Source of the DNA: Raillietiella orientalis
Lineage: Eukaryota
Assembly: GCA_036172245.1 (NCBI GenBank)
Contig: JAYWIR010000013.1
Span: forward strand, 2,232,001-2,296,000
Direction: 5' to 3'
DNA: 64,000 nt
The stretch's first letter is position 1, and each line of letters begins with the position of its first letter. This document shows, one piece after another, positions 36,431 to 46,216 of the stretch. The notes below the pieces were generated by a model. That model was not told the DNA's origin. It ran no database searches and saw only the letters and a program-made list of their open reading frames with translations. A program made the position numbers and the translations under genes.

Positions 36431-38734
36431 TGGTCGCCGTACGGAGATGTTGCAGTTGTTGGCACCCGTCTCAAACACTGGACGCGCGGCCCGGCTTCTC
36501 GGTGAAGTCGGGATGGAGTCAACCCCTGCACCATTGGTCCCCGACCCGTGGCCTCCCGCCCCGATGACCAATCAAGAAAGCGACTCACAGGACACTCTTG
36601 AAGCAGTGGTTTATGAAATTGGACGCCGCCGTCTCGATTAGGTTTATTTTCCTTTCCACGCTGGTCATCTGCAGCTCCCACAGGTGCTTCTGAGACGCGG
36701 AAAACACATCAAAGTTGGCCTTCAGGACGTAATTCTTCAGCTTCTTGATTTCGACGACGACCTCGTCGATCTGCTTCGAGTGCTTCGTGATGGATTTCAA
36801 CTCGTTCCCGAAAACATTGAGCAGCTCCCTCTGGACCTGGCCGAACCACGAATCAGGAGAGGGCAGAAGGGGGGATATATCATTGGGTTGCGACTGTAGA
36901 ATGCGGGAACCTGGTGTGTTCCTCCCCTCCCCATGCTTTTTCTCTTTCCCCTCGGAGAAAAGGCGCAGGGAAATGTGGAAGCACCCTGCGATGTTTTCGG
37001 AAGGAAAAGAAAAAAGGAAAGACGGCAGTTGCGGATGGCAACTGCCAGGGTACCACACGAAAATTCGTGCACGGCTGGTGGACCCTCCGACAAGACTGTC
37101 GAACGGAGGACGGAGGACTTCCCAGTTGCAATGCGAGGAGATTTGATGGGGTGGATGGACCCAGTGGCCCAGCTATGGGGGGGTTTCGAGACAGGACGTG
37201 TGCGGACACCAGGAAGTAAAGACGGTGGGATAGCATTTCAATAGACGCCTTGGTCCCGGTCCATTCAGGCAGTTCCGCAGCAGCCATGTTGTTCCAACCG
37301 ACCGCTTTCCTGGTTCGGGGGCACCGGCCGCGAATTAGGTGAGCTCGAGAGCGCGAACCGAGGTCGCGATGTTCCGTGCGATGGGGACGTGCGGCAGCGC
37401 CCCGTTTCAGAGAGATGCGCGCCTCTGCGTGCGGAGAAGGAGCTCGACGCACGTGGCTTTCACGCTTCTACAACGGTTGCAGCGTGGGCCTCGGAGGCGG
37501 GGAACAAGGTATTCGTCACGGGAGCCATCTTTGAAGGTCGCAGATCGTGACATGACCTTCGTTCTTGTGAAGGCCAGAGTTGGGCACGGGGCGTCCGTGA
37601 AGGAAGGGGAGCGGGGGGAGGGAAAAAACAAATGCTTCCCCGCCCTCTGCATTGGCGCAAGAGCTTCGCGTAGCTTCAAACCGCCACCGCCACTACCACC
37701 ACGGAAGTCGTCCCGAACCAGCAAGGCTGGCGACACATCCAGGCGGAAGAATGGAGCCGTCCGCTCCTCATTCCCGGAATGTCTCCGACCAGTCCCTGAA
37801 GGTGCTGCTGCCCTGGAATCATTGGTACCCTGGGATCGCTCCGTAGCGGAAGGGCTGCCCCTCCCCCCCATCGGGAGGGAGGGAGACTCCGGGAACCAGG
37901 GGCGTCCTCCTCCCGGAAGCTCCCGAACCGTGCTTTCCCGAGGAGTGCCTCGGGGGAGGAGCGGAAGAAAGGGGGAGGTCCCCCGGCGTGAGGTTGCCTA
38001 CGGTTCGCAACGCGCGCCATCCCACTCACCTTGGCTACGCAGGCGAGGTCCTCGCAGACTTGGGCCACGTAGTCCGTCCTCTCGAAGAGGCGCTTCACGT
38101 CGAATTCCCACCGGGGGCTCCTCCCCGCCGTTTCGATGGCGACCCTCTCCCGGAAGTAGGATTCCTTCCAGGCGCGCATCAGTCTGCTCGCCTCGAGGCA
38201 CTTCACCTCGATCTCCCGAGGGGGGTTCCTGGAAACGGCCACAGTGCGCCCGCTTTCGCCACAGCGCGTTCGCACATGGCGGCCGCCGAAGGCGCGCCTG
38301 GGGAAGGGAGGTGGGGAGAGGGATCGTCGGTAAGCTCCCGAGGCTCCGTTTGACTCGGTTTCCGGGGGAGCCAGCGGGTTCGCTTACGGAGATCAGGGCG
38401 AGGACCCGTCAGCGGATGGGGTCGCATCCCGTCGGCTTTCCAAGCAGCCGGACGTGCGTGTTTCGTCTGCGCTAAGTGCAAGTGGGGGCTAGGATTCGCA
38501 GGAAGCAAATGACTGTTGAGACTGTCGAGGGATGCGCGGTTGTAAGGGGGGAGGGGGAAGGAGGAACGTTTCTTTCAATGGTGACGTGCGGTTGGGTCTA
38601 GAAGAGCGCAACGTGGACTGGGATCTTTTCGGAAGGGAAGAGACCGCCTCATGGCAGTGCATGTGGAGAGCACGACCTCTTTTGCAGCCGTGGGGAGAGC
38701 GCACCCGCCGCTACCGGTGCTTTTCTGTGGTAGC

Positions 38735-38818
38735 ACTCGCGAAGGTGAACGATGTCGTGCTTCACCTGCAGTGGTAGGGCGCGCCGCCAATGCCCAGTTC
38801 GCCGAGGCTATCCAGCAT
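38735..38818 (-). pseudogene. Old degenerate fragment of a dynein linker exon
   Basis: 38818-38759 matches 3563-3622 at 48/60 nt (MLDSLGELGIGGAPYHCR* versus [19 protein letters not shown]); TGG has become TGA. Confidence 0.8.
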
Positions 38819-39286
38819 CCTGGAGGAGGAGCTTGGTGTCTGCCGCTGGAGGAAAGGTTGTGGCGCGACACGTTGGCCCGCGGCCCCTGCAAGCGCCCGC
38901 GGATCCGAGTGGCCGCTGCTGCGTCTGAGACGTGCGCGTGTCCCCGCACGACGGGCGGGTGTGGGGAAGAGGCTGCTGCTGCTTTCGCTCTCGGGACCAC
39001 TTGCGGCGGCAGGGACGGCATTGATCGATGGCTGTGCTCGGAACCAACGGGAATCTCCACCGCTCCTGCCGATTCCACGTCGCTCTCTCTCTCCCCTCCT
39101 GTTTTCGATCTTCGTTGCTCTTAGGCGACCGGGCGCGGAGTTCACCTTGCCCTTCTCCGACCGCGCGCAGAGTTCACCCTGTCCTTCGTCGACCGCGCTC
39201 GAGGGTTCCCTAGGGACGCGAAGCGGGGCGGGGGAGGAACATGGAGGGGTCAGGGGACGCTTTTGCCACCTGGTCGCGCGGCCGCC

Positions 39287-39322
39287 TATAAATCCCCACG
39301 AAGCGCCTCGGAGGCATCAGTC
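39287..39322 (+). promoter_or_regulatory. TATA box and arthropod-type initiator of X2
   Basis: TATAAA 39287-39292 and TCAGTC 39317-39322; predicted +1 A at 39319, 32 nt from the TATA start. Confidence 0.75.
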
Positions 39323-39399
39323 TTCAAGCACCCGAAGCACCTCGGTTCCCAAAGACGTCTCACCGCCGAAGCCAGCCAGCCAGCAGCACCAGCACCAGC

Positions 39400-40203
39400 A
39401 TGACCGTCTCCGCACACGCCCTGGTGAGAATACGCGTTCCCCTTGCCGCTGGCATCCGCGCCTGACCGCCGTCCCTCGCGTCGTTCGCCTTCGGTCCCGA
39501 GAGGCGCGAGGCTCCGGGAATCGGGGGCGCTGCGGCGCGAAAGGTGACTGGCCGCTCCTCCCCTCCCTGCCTTCCCGCTCCGCCGCGCAGCTTGGACGCT
39601 GATGGCGTGGCCGCTGCAGCAGCCCGTGCGTCTCTCCCGCAGTCACTCCTCGCCCTCCTGATGTCCACGTGCTACGGCGCCCGAGCCCCGCAGCAGAAGG
39701 TGGCGGCGCACCCTTCGCAACAGATCAACCAGCAGCTGACCATCAGCGATGTCAGCGGCCCCTGCGTAGTGGCGCTGGAGAAAATGCTCGTCGACGGGAA
39801 GGACGGCTGCTATTTCGCCTGGAGCAGCCCCTGGCAGTTGTACGAGTACGACGTGGTCTGCAGGCTGAGCGTGAAGGTGGGGTCGCGCGCAGGCGGTCGC
39901 TCGCGTGCGCGAAACTGAGCTCTCTCATTCAGGGTTACCTGGCCAACAATGCAGTCCTCAGTATCCAACGGGCCTTCCCTCCTCAAATCAAATGCGAGTT
40001 CAAGCACCCTGGAGGCGTGGAGAGGTAACGCCCCCTCAGGAGCCATCGGGCGCCTCCTGACGGCGCTGCCTTCCAGGTTTTCCGGATCCCAGGAGCAGAC
40101 GGACGTCAACCACCTGGTGAATGTGCCCCTGCCGCTCAATGCAACCTGTACCCTGCCCCCGGAGTCCACTCTCTGGGTCAACATCCTTCCCAAGGATTCG
40201 TAG
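39400..40203 (+). CDS. Uncharacterised 158-aa secreted protein (X2), 4 exons
   Basis: Exons 39400-39423, 39643-39876, 39933-40024, 40077-40203, all GT-AG and frame-consistent. Protein: MTVSAHALSLLALLMSTCYGA-RAPQQK...GPCVVALEK...GCYFAWSSPWQLYEYDVVCRLSVKGYLANNAVLSIQRAFPPQIKCEFKHPGGVERFSGSQ...PLNATCTLPPESTLWVNILPKDS*. Signal-peptide-like start, TATA/Inr, AATAAA 40249-40254, exon structure shared with X1. Confidence 0.85.
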
Positions 40204-40248
40204 GCCGCCACGGGCGCCCGCCTTCCGCGTGCCTACCCGCGCACGCGC

Positions 40249-40254
40249 AATAAA
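40249..40254 (+). terminator. Polyadenylation signal of X2
   Basis: GCGCAATAAAGTGCTTCTTT, conserved in X1 (21988-21983, minus strand). Confidence 0.75.
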
Positions 40255-43200
40255 GTGCTTCTTTCTTGCCTGATGGGTGCGCATGAACTATTGGGAAACT
40301 GGAGTCAGGGTCCCCCGCCATTCTCAGAAGCCCGGGGCGGGGCGCACATTGGCGAGGATGTCTCAGTCCTAATGCGCCGAGGACGTCCCGCGCACTCCTC
40401 GGCGGCGATCGTCCGGAGGAAAATGGAGCGACGGTCAACCGGCCTCCAGAGCGTTCTCGCGCGGGAGACTCTCTCTGCTCGATTCTCACCCGGGTGTGCC
40501 AGGCGTTTATTCTTCCGAATAAAACATGTACTGAATCTGTGGCTGGACCAGTGGTCCAGCCATGCATTAGATCTGCAAAACCTGGGTCACCAGTTCACAG
40601 ACCGGTGCGGTCCACCCCGGCAGCAGAGGGGAGGGAGCATAAACAAAAAGAAAAGCAAAATGATAAATAGATAAAAGAATTGGGAAGGTGCGGGGAGGGA
40701 TCACAGTCTGCTGGGAGGGTCCGTAACATCCTCTAAAGGATGCCCCTGCCGGCAAGCTCTTCTTGTATGTCGGATTATACGTGGGGCCATCGCGTCGCCA
40801 TCGTCTGGAAGCGGACGGCGTATTCGCTGGCATCCCTATACCCTCGTTGCTTTGCTCCAGACTAAGATCCCGCGAAAACAGTACAAGGCTTCAAGGGAGG
40901 TCGCTGGCCGGAGGGCTTCGCGAACGAAGAGGGATTTTAAAGCGTCCCTGGAGTTGCCTCCGGGTGTTCCCAGGGTCGCGTCAAGGCGTTCCCACAGGGG
41001 TCCAGGGCAGCACAGTCCACTAACAGGCGGGGGAGGGATTTTTGCTCCCCACACCTAACACAATTGGGGTCTACACACACCCGCGTCCAGTGATGACGGC
41101 GGGCGTTGCATGAGACCCCAATGCAGCACCAACAGCGCCGACTGCTGCCACTTCATGGGGAGGGTGCGCGTGTCCATAAGCACCGGGGGCCACTTCAGAT
41201 GTTCCACTGGAACATTCAGCAGCTCGCTCCAGCGCAAGAGTCCCTAGGGCGGTGTACTCAGGGTCGCAGCGTCGGTGCGCTGGCCCGTCATCCCCTTGCC
41301 CGGTCCTTTCACCCTTCCGGAGATGTTGACTTTGACTTACCATTTCGCCGCGATGCTGCTGCTCAGATGTTCCCTGAGGGAGGGCAGCGCTGCCGTGAGG
41401 GAAGTTTTTCCTGCCCACGCGCTTTTTCTGGGATCCTCCAGGATCTCTCGGAGCATGGAACGGTTGTTGAGCTCGAACAGGAACCGGAGCACCTGATCCG
41501 TGCCTTGCTCCTGACTCCTCGTCCAAGTGCGAACGGTTTCCTTTAGCTAGGCTCTACCGTTCGCAGGGCAGTAGGACATCCATTCCGAGTTCTTCCTCTT
41601 CGCGTTGGCCACCCTCCGAAGCCGCAGGGGACAATGTGGCGGCGACGGAGTGCAACGAAAGATGAAAGTCCCGCGTTGCCGGAGGGTTGCTGGACGAGGA
41701 GGCGTGCAGGGACGCACCAGTTGGTTCTCCATAACTTCGTCGTAAGGGCAAGAATCCTGGACTGGGGCTGAAGCTCCAGCCGCTCCAGCATCAGGAGGTC
41801 GAGGCCGCCTTCCCGACACGGAACGCACAAGTCCTTCAAGAGGACTCGGGATCTCGAGGGGCCCCGAGGATGGCGGCTTTCAACGACGCCCTGAGAAAGC
41901 CGCCACGTCAGAGGGATGAGGGGGGATAGACCCCGGTGACGGGCGGTTTTCGTCAGAGGTCGGAGGCGCGGGCTCATGGGCATCGCCGGTGGACGTGCGT
42001 CGAGCAGTCGAGGAAGGGCCGGAAGCCAGGTGCGCGGGGGTGGGGAAGCGGCGCTCCTGGCGAGATGCAGGTGCTGCCCCTCTGCATGTCTGCCGCGCGC
42101 GATGCGCTTCCTGCGTTCCCTCCCTATCCCCGAGGTGCCCCTCCCCCCCCAGGCACAGGGGAAGGAGATGAATTGAAACTCTTGACTACGATCCTGCGCC
42201 CCATGGGCGTACAGCCTCCAGCGTCCGTCCGTCGAGGATGCCCGTGCCTCACCCCCGATCGACTGCGAGGGCCCCGGGGCAGGAAGGCGACACTCCCTGC
42301 GACCAGATCAGCGTTGCGGTACGCTGCCTGCCTAACTCAGGGCCCGTTTCCGCCTCCCCTGCGCCCTCTCTCGATGGGGCGGGACCCTGTGGGAAGGAGA
42401 GGGAGAGGGAGCGAACCCAGGTCCCCTGCTGCCTGCAGCGCCCTGGAGGACACCCAGCCGGCGACGGCACGTAGCCTTCCGCGTCTTTCCAGCATTTCTG
42501 CGGGAAGCGCTCCCGTGAGCCCAGTCCACACACGGCGGCCCGGTGGGCAGAGAGAATCGCAGCAAACACCGTGACAGTTCACGCTGATCACGACACTTCC
42601 ACCTGGGACAGAGCCCTAGCTAGGCGACCTCCGCACCGGTTCCTCAGGACAATTTCTGGGAAGATCCTCAACAGTGGAAGACCCCTCATGCGTCTACGGG
42701 ACGCTCAATCGAGCGTCTGCAGCACCGCTGCAAGGCGCCTCTCCCCGTCTCCCAGGGACTTCGCTCGAACGCAACGGCGAGCAGAGAGCAGGGTTAAATG
42801 GGACGCTCGAGACGAACGGGCGTCTCTGTAGGACATCTGTGAGCAGGCCGTTTATTCTCTGGAGACATCTGGAGACGTTGAGAGAGGTCTGCACACCGCA
42901 AAAGGCAGGCACGGCACTTGCCGCGAACAGCGCGATCCACTGGATCCGTTATCCCTCTCTCGGCAAGCGGAGGAACTACTGCAGTAAGGTGAGCAGGGCG
43001 CACAGATGCCTCTCTCGTCTACCCTCCCGTGCGTGAGCGAAACATACGGACCGTGCTCCGTCCTACCCTGCTTCCGTGAATCCATGCAGCCGACCGGCGC
43101 GCAGCGGCCGCGAGCGCCAGCCGTGCTCTTCCTCGGTGGCGACCACCCTCGCCGACGGATGACTTCTTCGGGAGGGATAATGATGAGAGGAGGACGCCGG

Positions 43201-43520
43201 TGAGAGACTGTTGTTTCTCTGCCATGGAGCTTGCCGGGAGGCTACCCTCTCTCCGAGCTCCTTGGGGAGCAGGGCGGCGCGACGGACCGTTCCCTGAGAG
43301 ACGCCACCCGTGAGGGGGTCTCTCCCCTCTCTCACGCCACTCTACCCCCTTCCATCCCCGACCGACCCCGGAAACCAAGACTTCCCGCGAAGGGATCTCT
43401 TTATTCTGGCGATTCAGGATGCTAGGAGACGGGGACCCGGTTTCCTAGGAAACGGGTGGTGCCCACAAGGAACTGCCTCTGCTGCAGACCCTGGGGCGGC
43501 CCCCGAGCCCCGGTGGCGCT

Positions 43521-43774
43521 TCACCAGTAATGGAAGCGCGGGCGGAAGGGGCGGAAGCGGGGGCCGTACGGGCCCCTGCCGTAACCCCAGCGGACCCGGG
43601 ACTCCGCCACGGTGAGGTCGTCGGGGTCGACGCCGACGTCCTCGAGCAGCTGGCCGAGAGCACAGCACGCAGCCAGGATAACCAGTAGGAAGACGATCTG
43701 GAAAGAGAAGGGCACTCAGCAGGAGGAACGGACGGGATGCCCACGCGTCCACCTACCAACTTCAGGGATGCCAT
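43521..43774 (-). CDS. 64-aa secreted prepropeptide with cationic Arg/Pro/Gly/aromatic C-terminus (antimicrobial-peptide-like)
   Basis: Exon 1 43774-43757 (MASLKL), 59-bp GTAGGT...TTCCAG intron, exon 2 43697-43521 (IVFLLVILAACCALGQLLEDVGVDPDDLTVAESRVRWGYGRGPYGPRFRPFRPRFHYW*). TATA-like GATAAAAA about 80 nt upstream; AATAAA at 43405-43400. Confidence 0.82.
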
Positions 43775-46216
43775 CTCGTCTGTCAGGAGGAGCCTTCAAC
43801 GCCACTTCCAGAGCCAAGAGCAAGCTGGGGAGCCGGCTCTCGCTCGCCCTTTTTATCCTCGGAGTCTGGCCGTGAACCCGTCCACCTGAGTCACAGGCAG
43901 CGGCCGCCCCCTCCATGAGGCCCCTCCCGAAAGGCCCGCAGGCGATCCTTCCCCGAGGCGTGCTCCTCGGCCGAGTCACGACCGCTGCGCTCCTCTGCGT
44001 GACCCGCTGCGTCACGACCGCCTTTCGCGAGCCCATCCTCCTGGAGAAGGGCGCGCCGCCTCCCTCGAGTCCCTCGAGGTTGGCCGGCGACCCTCTTTCT
44101 CGACCACCTTTGCACCGCAGCTGCCGATCGCCACCGGAGCGTAGCCAGCGGTTCACCGCCGCTGGAGCTTCCGTGACTCTCGGGAGCCGACAGAACCCTC
44201 CTCGGAAACAGGGCCGAGCGCTCCCTCTTAGATAGGCTTCCGAGATACACGGAGTGGGCGACCGGCGTTCTCGGGGTGCCCGAGAGCGACCAGCATCTCC
44301 CCCAGGGACGGAGAGGACGATCGCATCCCCGGCTGGCGCCACTGGGGAGCCGCCGAAAAGGCACCGAAGGCGAGGAACCTCGTCACCAGCAGGCGCGCGG
44401 AATTGTCTGATGGCGGCCCCCGGGAAAGCCACCCGCCTGACCCGGATGTGGCCACGGTGACCACGGTCTTCCGGTGGATTCCACGGTCCATCTTTCCACA
44501 CGGACCACCCCAACCGCAACATCAGAAAGTCCTCACCCCGAATCCACTCGAAATCCCACAAGGCAAGGGAAGGCCCCGCCGATAGCACCGGTTATGCCCA
44601 CCAGGACAGTACGATGGGACCCACGCCGCTTCTTCTCCACGTGGATGCCGGGGTGCGTGGCTTGACGAGGCAGAGCCAAGGGATAGGAAAGAAAAGGGGA
44701 GGAGCTCACAAGGGCGCGCCTGGTATTGTCCAGGACAACTCCAGCGGCTCACGTTGGGCGGTTATCTGTCCCGCTTGGGAAAAGGGCTGCTGGCTCCAGT
44801 CGCCCAGGGGGCGCAGCGCTGGCGACAGAAGCACACGCGCGCCTTGGCGGTTCCTTCTACGCGGGAGGCACGGCTGGTGGCGCTGGGCCTGATAGCTGCA
44901 TGTGCGCCAAAGGCTTCCAGAGGCCCGAGCGGAAGGCGTGCGCCATTGCTGCGCGGCGGCGCCTTGTCGAGGCCTCGGAGGACAGCCGGAGGCGGCGGGA
45001 AGTCCAGTAACGGCGGCGGAGAAGGGGAAAAACGCTGGGGCATGGGCGCGTTCTGCGTGCTCTCGGATCCGCGTCACGATGACGTCAATGGAAGAAGGGG
45101 ATTTCGGCGCGGCTTGTGGAAAAATTTCCTCGCAAGCTCATGGGGTCAGGTCAGTCGGCTGGCATGGCCCTCGAGCGAAAACACGGGCCGGGTACGCTCA
45201 CATCGTCGTGCCTTGTCCGGTGTAGGGCCCATCCGTGAGGGGCAGCGCCTGGAAGAGGTGTCCGCGGTGTGCGAAGGACTGCCTGCCGTTTCTGGTCCAG
45301 TTAGCGCCTTCGCAGGGGAGTCACCGTCCTTCCGCCTCCCTTTTGGGTCCGGCACCGCCCCGTGAGATAGGGCGAGGGGGAAGTGGATTCGGGCCGTAGG
45401 CTAGGCGAGCAACGTGCTGCAACGCCGGTCTGGTTTCAAGGGCTGTCCCGTTTCTTCCCGAGACCCCCGCGGGCAATCTGGTGGTCAGCGGTGGGGCACG
45501 GACATGTTGTGGTGCTGGACACTGGCGGCCGCACGTCGGTGGGACGCAGGGGCGAAGGCAGGTTCAGGCCGAGGTCCGCAGTGGGATGGCGGCCGAGATG
45601 ACCCCAGGTCTGGAGGCAGCGATGGCGTCGACGAGAGGATTGCGAGATCGTGGGTGGGGGCGTTGCGGCCGATGGGGGTCGGTCGCGCCCTGATGGCAAA
45701 ACTGCTGACCACTAAGCGGGTCACCAGCGATTCGGCGCTGGACGCGGGGTCGTTGTGGAAAAGGGCGCCTTTCGCTTGGCGGTTCCTCGTCCCTCCAAGG
45801 GCTCTGCCCGCGACGGAGGGCTCGTTGCTTCGAAAGTTGCTCGTGGCTTCGCGCGTCCTTCTTTGGGCGAGGCGGCTCCATCTTGGCACTCGCTTGCCCC
45901 GTGTCACTCGGGGGGTGGCAGAGCGAGTGGCGTTGCCGGGCCCTTGCTTTTCTTTCTCCCGTCACCCTCGGCTCGTCTCCAGGGATGAGGGCGCTTCGCT
46001 CCTGCGGAGGGAATCGTGCGTGTGCACGCCGCCGCCGCTCTCTGCTAGGTAGCCTCCGCCGTGCGGACGTCGGCGCTCATGCACGCTGCTGCCGGGCGGC
46101 GAGCGCGGGCGCAGGGCAACCCCAGCCGCCGCCGCCGGACACGGGAAGCGCGTGCCCCTCGTCCCGCTCGTCGAGAGGCAACGCACAGTCGGGAAGTCAG
46201 GGAGCTCGGGCGGGCG

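Larger units (their letters stand above)
23498..38228 (-). pseudogene. DNAH10: Truncated inverted duplicate of the DNAH10-like gene (part of tail, linker, AAA1, most of AAA2)
   Basis: In-frame tail-domain exons at about 38228-38029 (WKESYFRERVAIETAGRSPRWEFDVKRLFERTDY), 36836-36589, 34125-33981, 33822-33476 (PPVFKGYPEVAGAVYWER), 32774-31648 (VNYSKKLREIITETKLLE) and 30482-29648, then the mirror of 1-6219. Frame runs ...SPATVS-LHVQVADRDVLDC to TAG at 23500-23498. The first visible exon is internal (phase-2 acceptor) and I found no upstream N-terminal exons. Confidence 0.85.

Noticed and set aside
41055..41237. Possible decayed LINE reverse transcriptase fragment (LPMKWQQSALLVLH)
   Set aside because: Resemblance too weak and no adjacent RT motifs.
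38230..46000. Missing N-terminal exons of the minus-strand dynein copy
   Set aside because: Looked by eye for the expected tail motifs (EIEFWR, DNVRFL, WIISRHYN-like) and found none; cannot be called without tblastn.
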